Positions 25,358-39,705 of a DNA stretch of 64,000 nt are shown in pieces. Origin of the DNA: Cenococcum geophilum (lineage: Eukaryota); contig CP158635.1 of assembly GCA_050273025.1 (NCBI GenBank), positions 28,582,001 to 28,646,000 on the forward strand, read 5' to 3'. The notes under the pieces are model-generated. The model saw only the letters and a list, made by a program, of their open reading frames with translations. It was not told the origin of the DNA and did not search any database. How positions within the stretch are numbered: the first letter of the stretch is position 1; every line of letters begins with the position of its first letter. The position numbers and the translations under genes were made by a program.

Positions 25358-28300
25358 CGTCCACATATTAATTAAAAAGTGGATTTTTAAAAAAGAGCTT
25401 TAAAGCTTTGCTTTTAGAATCTCATAATATACTGTATACGATTGCTTAATTAACTTTAGTATAGTTGCCGTCGCATTAATTATAACTTCCTTAGCAGTAT
25501 AATTGACTGTTATAAGTAATACGTGTAGCTCTAGCCAGGTAGCTGTATTGTATAGTAGATTTTGTAGAGTAATAAGCTATACGAGAGCTTTATTAAAGGC
25601 GTCGCGATTAATAGCAGCTCAAAGTATTCGCTCTTCTTAAGCTTCGCGATTAACCTGTCTTAAGGCTTATAAGCCGCTCAGTATATTAGAGAGGCGCTCC
25701 TCTCGCAATCGCTTTACTCGAACCTCTCCACCTTAAATCTCTATACTGTGCTTTTTGGCTAGGTGGGCGCGAATAGATATTAATAAGGTAGAGTTCTATT
25801 CGCACATTAAATAGTACTATATTTAATTCTTACCGTCGCGAATAGCTTTATAAGGGAGAGGATTGCGGGTAAGCTTCTACGTAGAAGTAGCTAACTGGCG
25901 CCTTTTATGAGGCGACTTTAGGGTAGTTGGTGTAGAGTCGCTTGACGCGTCATCGTCGCCGCTAAAGTAGGTAAATCGATTAGAATCAAGCTTAGAAATA
26001 GTAGAGGAGGATATATTATCGTCCTTAATTACGTTAGTAGATGAGGGAGGCATAGCGTTAATTAAAGGTAGAGTATACGGGGGGTTAAGCTCTAGGGGTG
26101 TGTTAAAATTGTCACGATATTGCGCGCGATGACTTGTAAGACCTAATTTGATATTTGGTAATTTTTACTTTCTATAGGTTTACCTAACAAATTTAAAATG
26201 TGTACGTATTGTAAGGAGGCCCAAAAGTCATTTACTAATACATCTACCTATTTTTACCACCTTAACTCTAAAAATCTTTAATATTTAATATCTTTTAGTA
26301 TTAAACATATCATATTAATATTAATATTAAACGTTTAATATTTAATATTCAATATTTGTAATCAATATTCGATATTAATAAGAGCACTAGGCGAGGTTGG
26401 CGATAGGAAGAAGGTATACTACTACTACTACATCTATAAGAGAGTGAGGCGTTAGCAGGAGCTTATAATAATCTCATTAAGATATACTACTGCTTTAGAT
26501 TACCTTATTAACGATTACTAGATAAACTAATATACTAGCTTCCTTAAGCCTCCTAAACCAAGCAACTCCAACTAGCTAATAATTAAGGACTATCCTAAGC
26601 AGTAGGTGCTTAAGTAGAGGTTAAATTTTAAGGCGTTTAAGCAGCTGTTAATTAGGTGGATTGTCTGCTATTATATTGCCTTCTTCTAGTTTAAAAATAA
26701 GTACTTCTAAAGCCTTCTCTATTACCTCTATCCGGCCCTTCTAAAATTCTTACTAAAAGCTAAAAAGATAATCCGGGGCTAGGTTATAGTAGAGTTTAAG
26801 CAAAAGAAGGATAACCTAAAGAAGGAGCTGGCCTCTGCTTATAGCTCTATATCCGTATCCTTTAATTTATAAATATCGCCAAACTCCCACGCAATTCTTA
26901 GTATTATTAGTTATTTTATTAACTAATATAAAAGGCAACGGCATATAGTTCTAGGGCTTTATAAGGTTATTAGTAAACACTCCAGTAAGAATATAGCGGC
27001 TATTCTACTAAAGCTAATTAAGGAATATAGATTTAAAGACAATGTTAGCTATTTTATAGGCAATAATATAGAGTTAAATAATACGTGCGTTAATACGGTA
27101 CTTTAAGTTCTATACCTAAAGATATTAGCAAAGAAATAAAAAGCTCGTCAGCTACGCTGCTTTAGCTATATTATTAACCTCTACACGTAAGCCTTTATAA
27201 TTAAAAAGAACGCTAAGAAGATTTATAAGAAAATGGCCTCTATATACCATAAGATGGACTTTAAAAGGGTTTAGAAGCTCTAGAAGAAGCGGGGGTCTAT
27301 TAAATTACTTTATAATCTTATCCGGTACATTTAAATAACTCCCTAAAGGCGTAGGTTCTTTAAGAGTATTAAAATTAGAGGAGATCTGGCAAAATATAAC
27401 TGCTTAGAGGTAAGTAATATTTTTAAAAGTAGTAATATTCGCCACCTAGCCCGTTACCGGACTAATTAGATTATTAGGATTTAGTTCTACTATATCTAGC
27501 CGCCTTTACGGTTATAAGATTTACCTATAGTTATAATCTTTTATTTTCTTATACTCTACTAAAAGTAACACTAATAATTTACTAGCTTATTTAAAATAAT
27601 CAAACTCGCTAAAACTTGCTCTTTATAGCAATTACTTGGTTTTTAAATTGCTACAAACGTATAACTTGGTTCTATAATAACTACGTTTTATCTACTAACT
27701 TAAAGCCTCTTACTAAGGAGGACCACCTTAAGCCCCACTAATAAAAAGAGCTTAAACACCTTTATACGCACCTAGAATCTTTTTATAAGGCGACTATTAT
27801 AGTAGAGGGTAATTATATAGGCCTTACTAATTATTTCTAGACGCTAGATTGGCTTATTAATAAACTCTATACTACTAAAGATTAGTTCCTTAAGCTTACG
27901 GCTATATATTAACCTAATAATTAAAACTATAAGCTACTATCTGGCTACGCGAGCGCTGCATAGGAGAAGTGCAAGAAGTACTTTAAGAAGGCTAATGAGA
28001 TACCTGCCTACTACGCCGCCATTATAATAAATCCGACACTTAAAATGGAATGGTTTTACTAGAAATGGGGGTTAGATAAGAATAAGAAGGCCTAAATTAA
28101 TAAGGTTAAAAAGAAGGTTTAAGATATATTTAAAGACTATAAAGGTAAGAGCTTTGGATTACAACCTTAAGATCTATTAATTTACCCTATTAAGAAGCTA
28201 TAAAAGGAAAAGGACTATATCTCTGCTTATAATTATAAGCGTATTAAACGCACCTACTAAACCTCCGCAGTAAAGAAGGATAGTGCTTTAGATAAGTATC

Positions 28301-31300
28301 TAAAAGAGGGCCCTTTTAAAGTCGCTAATAATAAAGACTTTAATGTAATTAACTATTGGCAAAGGCTCTATTATAATCAACCCGACCTCACCCGCTTCGC
28401 CCTTAACGTACTTACTCCTCCACCTATAAGCAACAAATGCGAACGCCTGTTTAGCAGTTATAAGATACTTTTTAAGGACTAACGCTCGCGCCTAAAGATG
28501 GATATAATTGAGGTAAATAAGTGGCTTTGCTATAGCTACGGGCCCCTAAGAAGCAATACATTTAATAATAGGGGCGTTAGATTAGTGGAAGGAGAGCCTC
28601 AGCCGTCACCTCTATATAACCCTACACCGGAGCAGCTTAGGGAGTATATTAAGGAGCGCCAAGCTGCGGATGTGGCCGCTGCCGCCGCTGCCTAGGTGGA
28701 GGAAGAGGATATGGAGGAGGATGATGAGGTTCTGGCGATGATAGAGCATGCTAGCGGTAAGGGTGGGGGCGACAATCAGTGATGTCAATGGACTGGATTG
28801 GATACAAAAATCGCTTTAAATCCAATCCAAAAATCAAATTAGGCTTCTTAACCGGTTACGTAACCGGTTAAACCAGATAATCCAATATATATTTAGCTAC
28901 ATCGCGAATCTTGGCATAGTGTTAAGGACCAAATCAGTCATCGTGGATTATATATTTAACTACGCCCACCCCATCCTACTCATCTTCTTACTTATCTTCC
29001 TGCTTATCTACCTACTTATCTTCCTGCTCATCTACCTACTTATCTTCCTACTTATCTTCCTACCCACCAGCTTATATACCAACCTTATCCGCAGCCTTAT
29101 CTTTATCTTTAGCGGCGGCCTTAGTAGCAGCTTCCTCCTTATACTGCTTGTTAACGTTAGGATTAACGCCTTACATAAAAGCCTTAGCCTAAGGTTACCC
29201 AAACCAGAACTTAAGGCACTTGTTAGCTTTAATAATGTCAGCTTTAAGACAATTATAGGGGTTTATAAGTAGGTACTTAGCTAAACTAAATACGCGTTTA
29301 TATTTAGCGCTTATAAGGGGTATAGCTAATATATTAAGGGCGAACTAAGTTAGGTTAGGCTATAAGAGGTAGAGGCTATTTTAATAAGCTAAATAGTTAT
29401 TAATCTATTTAGGGTCGCTTTTAATATAGGTCTAGTAGGCGTTAAATCTGCTAAAAGGTATAGATTTAAGCTATTTATAATTCTTAAGCCTACTAAAAGT
29501 CTTACCTAATATAAATATAATTAGTAACGAAGGCTGGTTAGATATAGGAGTAGTATACTTACCCTTATACTTCTCTAGCTAGAGGTCTTCTACTAGGCCC
29601 TAAATACTATAATCTTTTTAATCCTTAGGGTTACTAGTAAACCAGTGCTTCTTGTCCTTATTATTATTAAATCTTTAATAAAACTACTACTACTTCTTAT
29701 CTAGTAGAAGGACTTAAGCAGCGTAGTAAGCAGCGCTATCGTCGGCTAGCTTATAGTACTCCTTACACTTCTCCTATAACGCGTAGGCAGCAGCCTCAAG
29801 GTAAGCGTATTTATTGTGGTCCCTATACTATATATAATATTCTTTAAAATCTATCTAGGCGTCCTAGGTATAGTTAATGTTGGAAACATAGGGTGACTTA
29901 CCAATAATAACTACTTAAGTAGGGTTACAGTAATGTTGGTTAATTCTTATTAATAGAAATAAGGAAAGGGGTGAGGAACTTAAGGTTCCTTACCACGCTA
30001 GGGCCATGTTAACACGTGACGGCAATATGCTTTATGCAATAGCAACTTGCCTTATTCCCGACACTAGCAACTCTTCTTTTTGTGGTTGCTATATATATAT
30101 ATATAAATAGATAGTATATAATAATACTAGATAATATATAACAAAACTAGACAATATATAATAAAACCAGACGATATACGATAATGCAGCAGTTAGTAGA
30201 ATTTAGTGGATAACGCGAAGACGGGTAGGCCGCTAAGACGCTAGTAGTAAGCGAGCTAATGGCGATTTTCTATACCGGGTATGGAAAATCCTAATTAGTT
30301 AGTAGAAGTCTATACCGCCACCTAAATTAATTAGGCGCGGCGCTCTTAGTAAGGATCTAACTAATTAAATAACTTTAACCGGCGGTTAAAGTTCTATAAG
30401 ATCTTAACTTCTCTAAATTTCCCTCTTAACCCAACCTTTAACTCGTATATATAGAGTATTTATGTTAATAAACGTCTCTAGTGCCTTATTTAGGTTTGCC
30501 TTCATTATTATATCTACTAGGTTATCTTAGCTATTAATCTATCAGATTTTAAAGAGTTCTTAATACTTATAGGACTGCTAAAGTGCTATAATATCGATTA
30601 TAAGACGCTTCTCCTTTATAGTACTAAGCTTAACTAAATACTTATAGAGGGAATATAAGTTGGTGTATACGATTGTAGAGATAGCGGGAAGTTTAAGCCG
30701 GTCTATAATTATCTTAAGGGTAGTTCCAATTACAATTGCCATATTAACTCCGCCGACTATTCTATATATCTCTAATGCTAGAACGCTTTAAGTAACGCGC
30801 TTACTCTTAGTTAAGCTCTAATAGATAAGGTTGCCGTAGATTATAAAGTTATTCTCTCTAGTAGATTCGTTCGCGATAATAATCTTATATCCTAGCTAGG
30901 AGCTAAAATCTTTATTATTTATAAACAATCTATTAACAAATATAAAGAGCTTAGCGGTAGGAAGGTTAATAGGTATATAGAGTAGTCCCCTATTAAGATA
31001 GTTTATTTGCTAAAAAAAACGCTTATTTAGGGCAAGAACGTTATCCTTAGTTGGTTCCTGGTGTTAAGCGGCAATAAAGAGATTAAAGGAAGCCTTAGGT
31101 TAATAGATAGAAGCCATATAAGCTCCACAAGCGCGTTGCTTTACGTATCCTTGCTTTAGAGAATTAACGTTAATAACGTTAATCTTCTTGCCTTAACCCT
31201 TCTGGCGTAGAGCAATAGAGCCCTTATTTAGGGAGAGGATATATCCATTAAAGAGTAATAGTGTTATTAAATTAAGCTTTTCCTTTGGCTTTGCTATAAG

Positions 31301-31755
31301 ATTTGCCTTTACTAGCTCGTCTTCTTTAAGAGCTAAGAATTGGTTATCTCCTAAGATAATTATATTATTAGTTTATATGCCGATAATTCCAAATAGAGTT
31401 CCTATAGTTATAATAAGGAAGCATAGATTAAATATAAAAGTAGTTATTAAAAGCTTCTCTTTATAGTGCTTGCTATAGGTAGCCCACTAGTAAGTTCCTA
31501 CCTCTATAATTCCATACAATGGCTTAAGCACAACTATAATCGTATCTTTGGAGTATTGGTAGCGAATTTACTCTAAAAGGTATGCTAATATTAAGCGCTA
31601 AAGGTGCGTCTCTAATTAGGTATAGGCCTAAGTAATATCTTGCAAATAAACCGCCATTCCATTCTTTATTAAGGAGGGAGCTAGCGTAATAATAACTTGC
31701 TAACTAGCTTGTTAAATTATAAGAGATTATATAAGAATTACTTCCTTACCGTCGT

Positions 31756-34700
31756 TGTAACGGAACCTTATAGCAAGAACTACGATAGGCTCGTTATTGG
31801 GCTAGGTGTGTAGGAAATGCAAGTATAAAAGTTAATAACGTAATAATAACTGGTGGAGTGGTTGCCTAATAGATTAACTCTAATTATATTCTAAGAATTA
31901 CTACAAGGAAGGAACTATCTAGGTAGGGACTAAGGGTCCTTAAATACACAACCGTACTCCTATAAAATCCTTCTTATATATAATATACGTCTTATACGTA
32001 AGGTATATAAGTTCCTCTTATTCCTCTTATTTAATATATAGCATATTATATAACCTTAGTTACTATTCCTCGTTATATGGTTCTATCGGCTCTATCTTAG
32101 ACCGTGCCTAAATTAACTAACTAGCTTCTTCCGTTTCTTCTCTAAGTAGTTATAATATTATACTTAAAGCGTCCATAACACTATCTCCCTCCTCTTTATC
32201 TTCGTCCTTAAAGATACCTAGCATCTCTAGGTTGTTTACTAGAGGTATAATATCCGTCTAATTAATTTAGTTAACATTATTGCTTATTATACCTAAAGTA
32301 ATTTCTTCTTTACATGCCCAACGTCGTGCTCGCACTATTGCTGCAATATTATCTCTTAGTAAGATTATACCGTCTCCGTGTTCTTGTTGTTTAAAAGAGG
32401 GGTTAGTTTATATTATGTTGGCGAACCTATCTTTATAATAACCGTCCTCTTGCTTAAAGTATACTAAAGTAAATATTCGTTTGTCCTATAACGTTTGCTC
32501 TACTTCTAATACTAAATATACGCGACCTATTACTCTTAATAGTCGTCTAGTTTCCTAATTAATTTATCTTAGGGTCTTATATTTAATCTACTGCTACGCG
32601 GCTAGATAGTAAACTATCGCAAGCCCTTACTAAGTTAAAACGTTCCCGTGACGCGGAACAGAAGGCCCTAGATATTTAAATTACGGCATCTACTTATCTA
32701 CTTTATCTTAAGAAGGTTTATAAGAAGGTTTGTTTTAAGGAGTGGAAACTTATAAAATAAGGTTTATAGGAACTAGGTAATAAAAGAACGGATTCTCCTC
32801 TAACAGAGAAGAAAACAGATCCAAGTAGTTCAGCAACTACTCTTCTTAGGTCCCCCTTAGGTAACTTATTCTTTAGCAATCCTTCTTTATTAATACTACC
32901 TAACCTAATCTCTTCTAATACTCCTGTACCTTTCCTATAGCGTTTTTTAAATTCTCTAGTAGCTTCTAAGTAGTTTTAGTATAGCCTATCCACTTAACCT
33001 TATACTATATTTTATTATTAATGTCCTTATAATTAACGATCTTTAATACTTACTATTTGTCTTCTTCTTATCCTTTATATATGTCTACTTTATAGACCGG
33101 TGGCTTAATATTCCTATATACTAGCTCTAGCATTGCGATATACTATATAGGGTAGATCTTTATTTTAGCTGGTAGGTTTAACTTAAATATAACTAGTAAA
33201 ATCCTCTATATAATTTTAAAAGGTCCTAATTTAATATAGTCTAACTTCTTACTTAGTCGTTAACTCTTAAAATTTTTGTATAGTAGCCATACTTTATCTC
33301 CCTCCTTAAGATCTAGTCCCTTAGATTTCTTAGCATTATAGTACCTTTTTATTCTCTCTTATACCTTTTTTACTAATTCCATAAGGTCTATATAAAGATT
33401 CATTAATATCTTTATTCTCTCTTTAGCTATACTACTTATTTTCTTTACTTACCGTAGTAACAACGATATTCTTAGCTTATATCCATAATTTACCTTAAAT
33501 AGTAATATGCCTATTCCTTCTTAAGGTGTTACATTATATACAAACTATATAACTAGTAACAGTAATACCTAATTATTCTATATATAATTAATATAATGCC
33601 TTAGATACTACTCTAGCGTCTAATTTAATCTTTCTATTTAACCGTCTATCTGCGGATAGTATATAGTAGAAGTTACTGCTTAAACTCCTTGCTCCGCTAA
33701 GAACACTTCCTAGAATACTACTACAAATCTTAAATCTCTATCCGATATAATCTTACTTAGTGCTCTATATCTTATAAATACTTCTTTAATATAGATTTTA
33801 GCGATATCTTCTGCTAAGATTTCTTCTGTATATACTATAAAGTATCCCTACTTTATAAGCTTGTCTATTATTACTAAGATCGCGTTATAATTTTATCCAG
33901 TAATAGGATCTTTTAATTTTAGCAACTTAATAATAAAGTCCTATAATATAACCTCCTATAGTCTCTCTAGTATTTTAATAGGTTATAGCCCTTTATATAG
34001 CTTATACCTCATCAGTTTATTCCTTTAGTAATCTAAATATTTCTTTATAACCTTCCTAGCTATTCTCTAGATTCCGTTAATAATATACTCCTCCTAGAGT
34101 CTTAACACTAAGCCTATAGCTCCATTATATTCTTAAGTTAGTCCCTTATAAAAGTCCTCCACAAACTACTCTGCTATACTTCTTAGGATATACTTTACTT
34201 CTTAATTTTTATATATATCCGTCTATAGATCTTCTAGCTATACTTTTAGAATTCTTTATGCCTAAAAGCTTTCTGGTATCTTATAGACTTTCTTTAGTTT
34301 GTCGTCTTCTTAAGTTACTATAATTTTTGGATAATTATACCTAATTAATCCGTCTATATCTTTTCGCAATAAAGCCCCTAACGGCTTCTCCTCATTTTAT
34401 AGTTTAGCTTTACGGCTTAGAGCATCTACCCACATATTATCTATACCCTTAGTATGCTAAATCTTAAAATGGTATTCTGTAAGCATCTCTGCCTATCTAA
34501 CCTATCTTTAGTTAAGTTTCTTTATCATTAGGAATCCTATTAGGTTCTTATAATCCATCTTAACTATAAATAGTTTCTCTATACCTTACAAGAATACTCT
34601 CTATTCCTTTAATACTATAACTATACCTAATAACTCCTTATTGTAAATGTTATAGTTTAACTCTAGTAATATTATCTTTCGACTATAATATGCTACTAGG

Positions 34701-37700
34701 TGCCATCTATCTTAATGTTTTTATATAAAGTATGCCCCTAGTATATAGTCTAATATATTTATCTCTACAACCGTCTCTAATCCTAGTTAATAGATCTTAA
34801 GAACTGGCTCCTAGGTAAACAACTTTTTAACTTTCTTAAAGAGTTCTCTTTACTCCTCTCCCTATACCTATAGTTCTTCTTTCTTTATTAACTGCGTAAG
34901 TGGCTTAATATCCTTTAACTACTGCGCTATAAACCTTCTGCAGTAATTGCAAAACCCTAAAAACAATTTTAACTATATAACGTTCTCTAGTTCCTACTAA
35001 TTTACTATAGCCTTAATCTTTTTTAGATCTATGCTAAATTGGCCTAATTTAATAATAAATCTAATAAAATCAGTCTTCCTAGTAAAGAACTCGCATTTCT
35101 TAATTGCTACTAGCATCTATTCTTCTTATAGTCTCTTTAAGACCTATTTAACGTGTTCCCTGTATTCTTCCTTAGTTATTAAGTAGATAATAATATTATT
35201 AAGATATGCCATAATAAATTTATCTAAGTGCTCTCCTAACACATTATTAATATACTTCTAGAATATTACTAGTGCGTTTATAAGCCTAAATTGCATAACT
35301 AATGGTTTATATAGTCCTTCCTTTAACCTAAAGGCTGCCTTTTATTCATCGCCTTCCTTAATTCTAATCTAATAGTACGCCCATCTTAGATCTATCTTCG
35401 TAAAGATTTGCGTATTACCTATCCTATCTTAGATTTCACTAATTAAGGGTAAAGAATACCTATCCTTCCTAGTAATGCTGTTTAACTACCTATAGTTAAT
35501 ACACAGCCTTAGTTTACCATTTTTCTTTAGTATAAATAGTACTGGATAACCCGCTAATAACTGCGATGGTTTAATGTATCCCTTTTATAGATTTTCCTAG
35601 ACAAACTCTTTTAACGCTTTACCTTCTTCTTCGGTAAGCTTATAGATTAGAAAGAACTTTAGACTTATTCCTAGTTCTAACTCTATTTTATAATCCTATA
35701 CTATATATTCTAACAGCTTCTCACTTTCCAGTAACTATAGTTTCTTACCATACTTATGGTATTTCTTTAGTATATAACTTAGTCCTTTTTCTGTTTCTTT
35801 ATAGGTTACTCCTACTTAGTACCATACTAACTTAGCTTATTATCGCATCTTACGGCGTTAAGTATCTCTAATATTAACCTAACCTATAATCCAATTAATC
35901 CTTAGATTGTATTCCTATAACTAAGGCATACCTAATACTGCCTTATCCCGTCCTAATAATAGAATATTAAAAGATATCTTAATTTATCTTCCTTTAATAG
36001 TTATCTAAATAGGTCCTATTTTAAGGTTAATAATCCCTCCTCTATAGGTTATTAGATCTCCTAAAATTATAACTAATAGGTAAGGTTGCTCCTTTTATCT
36101 ATAAGGTAATCCTATTCTCTTAACTGCTGCTAGTAAGATGTGGTTTCGCGTTACTCCACTATTTATTAGCGCTTCGAACTACTAATCTTACTAATTAACT
36201 CGTAAATTTAGATATTGTCCTTAAATTCCTTTAAGGGTCTAAGGCTCTACTACTGGCTCCCTCTAATCCTATAGGCCTCTACTTTTCCTAACTATTAGCT
36301 ACTTAATCCTAGTATACTTGGCTTACTCTTTAGCTAATACCTAGTTTACTTTTTATCTTTAATATACCATAAACACGTATTTTCTAGGTATTCCTACTAC
36401 TGTTATCCATCTAAGCATTCTTCCATAAGGAATCTTCTTAGTTAAAGTACTAAACTTTCTTCCTTTTGGACCTCTGCTGGATGCCATCTATATATATATT
36501 TAGCATTCCTATACTATTATTTATCCATTATCTAGTACATTCTTATAGGGTATTTCCAATTCTTTTCCTTTGGATTCTTATGCATTTTGTATATATTGTC
36601 TATATACGCAATCCATAATAATATATAGTATGCTAGGTGCTTTAGGTTAACTCTTAGCTCGTCTTTATCCCTAAGTTTAAACCTTTATTATGCCGATCTA
36701 AACGTTATAACTTTATTTATAGGTACTAAGATACGTCTCTTACTTCTCTAGTCCTCTAAACGTTCCTCTAGATCCTTTAACGTTATAATTAAGGCTCCTT
36801 TAATATGTATTATAGCCTTCTCCGTAATTAGGTAATCCTAGATAACTTTTTTATTTAACCACATATAAAAATCTTCCTACTTATTATTATGCCTTTGCCT
36901 ATACCACTTTTAGTATAGCTACTGGAGTATATACAGTCTATCCGTAAGGAAGTATCTTCTTATTACTATATCGTAATAGCCCTTTATATATTATTCTTCG
37001 AATCTAGTTAGAATCCCTAGATCCTCTTTATCTTCCAGTTTAGTAAGCCACTTAGCTCTTAGTGTACCTACTCTCAGCCTATTAGTAATTCTTCGTACTA
37101 GTGCTCTATTCTTTATACGTCCCAACGTACTAGATCTCTTATCTAGTTTCTATTCTTGCTATGCGATAATTCTTTACCTAAACTCTTCCATAGTTTCTTT
37201 TAGTTTACGCCTTACGCTCTAATCCTTAAAGTCGTCTTACTTCTTAATCCTAGTATTAACTTTTTAATCTTTAGTCCGAACACTTCATTTAACTAATAAA
37301 TCCTCTAGGTCTATATATTCGTCTCCTAATCTAATTATTATTTATACCGCAGATTCTCTAATCTGTAAAGAAGCTGCTTGCTTCTTATCTATAGGTATCC
37401 TAATTTATACTCCAAATTCTTAACCCCTTAGGTTCTTTAATCCCAAGCTTACTTCTAACTTAAGCTTAGCTCTAGCCTTAGTTTAACTAGGCTTACTTAG
37501 TGTTCTTATCTTATCTTAAGAGTCTTAAATCTCACTTATCTCGTCTTAAGAATTTTATGCCTATGGGAACTTCTATCCCGAGCTTATTCGTATGCTTTTA
37601 AACTAAGCTACTGCTCTGCTCTATTGGTTATTGTCCATTATAGGTCCTTAAGCTTGCCTTATCTCGTTTTAAGAATCTTAGTTATCTCTTATCTCGCTAT

Positions 37701-39705
37701 AAAAATCTTAAGCCTTTGGCCTTTTACCTTTATTAAGTGCCGAAGTAGTTCATTATCCTACTTCTCTTATATTTTATAAAGCGATAGACATCGTATCTAG
37801 TAGGGTTTCGATCCCTACTAATATTCCCTATTTTATAGTGGAATCATCCTTTACCTCTAGTATAACATCTCCAAGGTCTGCTCGCTCCTAGTAAGTGGCC
37901 CTTATTACCTTATTATTACAAAATATTTCGCCTATATTAAATTTATCATCCTTAATATCCGATCTATGAACTAGTTTATTAGTTCCTCTATATCCTATAG
38001 GTGCTAGCTCTTATAGCTAATAGCTTACGCCATACTTAGCGTCTTTATAAATTTGGTATACATTATTATAATAAAACGTAAAACTTTTAATTAAACATTC
38101 TTTTGTTCCTTGCAGTATATTATTATCCCTTTATATATATATATCGTCTACTAGTCTTATACCCTTTACTATATAGTAACTCTACCTACTTCTATAGTCT
38201 CTAACGTAATAACCCTATTTTCCGTAATTTATATAAGCTCCTTCTTTAAACTATTTTTTTTACTATAGAGTCCGCTTAAATATCTTCTACTATTAAGATC
38301 CCTAATCCGGCCTTTACTCCTTAGACCTTTAATTACTTAATCCTTGTCCTTTAGGTTTCTATAGTTTACTCTATCTCTTATAGGCTTCTTTAGTATCACT
38401 TAGGTCCATTAGCTCTGCGCCATACTATAGTTCTAACTTAGCTTTTATCGTTGCGTACTTTACGCCTTATATAACTATAAAACTCTATCCTAGCCCTTCT
38501 TAGCCTATTCCCTTTAGTAGATCCAATTGTTAATTTTAATTACCTAATCTATTAGTTCCCTTAGGGTTTCCGTATCTTCCATTAGGATAATTACGTCCTA
38601 GACTTTAGCCTTAAGTCCCTGTTTATACTATACTATAAGCGCCCTATTATTCCACTCTACTTATATTACTAGTGTCTAGAACTATATTATATACTTAATT
38701 GCTAAAGTTCGTTACACGAGGTTCTAGAGTTTTCTTTCCACTATAGTTATTTCTTTTGGATCTCCAAATATCTATATAAGTTGTTTTATAAATTCTTCCT
38801 AACTTAAGAACATAAATCGCACGTCTTAGTTAGTGGTTATCATTCCATTTACCTATATCTCTATAAGGTAAGGTTTAAACTACTTAAATACTTTTCCTAA
38901 TAAAAATAGTCCTATATAGGCTATCCGATCCACGGGTATAGGTAACTTTACTCCCTCCTATAAGACCTTAAAGTGCATCTATATAAGGAATTCTTTAAGC
39001 TTTAACCTCTCTCCTATAAATCTCTTAATTAATAATAGCTTGATCTTTACTACTCCTATCCCATTAAGTCTTTCTTCCAACACTATATTATTAGCTATTA
39101 GCTAGTTAACTATTTCCTATAGCTGTCCGACCGTCACAGGTTGCTATAAGTTAGTATCTGCCATACTGGTATTACCTCTTGTCCTTAAAGTAGTTGCTGC
39201 CGTAGATGGCGTTATAGTGGCTGCTTTTGGTAGCATATTATTCGACTTCTTATATTAATACTATAACTAGGTAGTAATTATATAACGGAACCTTATAGTA
39301 AGAACTACAATAGGCTCATTATTGGGCTAGGTGTGTAGGAAATGCAAGTATAAAAGTTAACAACGTAATAATAACTAGTGGAGTAGTTGCCTAACAGATT
39401 AACTCCAATTATATTCTAAGAATTACTATAAGGAAGGAACTATCTAGGTAGGGACTGAGGGTCCTTAAATACACAACTGTACTTCTATAAAATCCTTCTT
39501 GTACGTAATATACGTCTTATACGTAAGGTACGTAAGTTCCTCTCGTTCCTCTTATTTAATACGTAGCATATTATGTGACCTTAGTTACTATTCCTCGTCA
39601 CATAGTTCTATCGGCTCCATCCTAGACCGTGCCTAAATTAACTAACTAGCTTCTTCCGTCTCTTCTCTAAGTAGTCATAACATCGTACTTAAAGCGTCCG
39701 TAACA
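31756..39705 (-). mobile_element. Gypsy-2: Ty3/Gypsy chromovirus inserted in the Copia-1 RT
   Basis: 425-bp LTRs at 31756-32180 (3') and 39281-39705 (5'). TSD GTCGT at 31751-31755 and 39706-39710. PPT gaggagggagatag. RT KIDLRWAYY*IRI and AYLNNIIIY (~35200); chromodomain ..KVKWIGYTKTT*..LENLKNA (~32940-33060). Confidence 0.93.
32289..32973 (+). pseudogene. RIPed antisense accessory gene of Gypsy-2: Zn2Cys6-like motif plus coiled coil
   Basis: Reads (M)PKVISSLHAQRRARTIAAILSLSKIIPSP-CSCC-LKEGLV-Y-IMLANLSL**PSS-CLKY-TKVNIRLS-Y, i.e. Cx2Cx6Cx13Cx2Cx8C after de-RIP. Probable intron at ~32518-32605, then a helical segment DSKLSQALTKLKRSRDAEQKAL..LIK*GL*EL. Confidence 0.65.

Larger units (their letters stand above)
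3050..26389 (-). mobile_element. hAT-B inserted in hAT-A (own sequence ~2.8 kb: 3050-3536, 15473-16764, 25366-26389)
   Basis: TIRs cagtgctcttatcaatatt and gatattaataagagcacta. TSD GGCGAGGT at 3042-3049 and 26390-26397. hATC dimerisation motif MAIDILSIPSISAEAERVF (ORF 3329-3523, minus). xxMWTSPNHR catalytic motif split at 16764/25366. Confidence 0.92.

Noticed and set aside
7525..25365. Insertions targeting catalytic motifs (solo LTR next to YLDD, hAT-D in DxWTS, TRIM in the chromodomain)
   Set aside because: Other insertions fall in unremarkable positions and n is small; compatible with chance.
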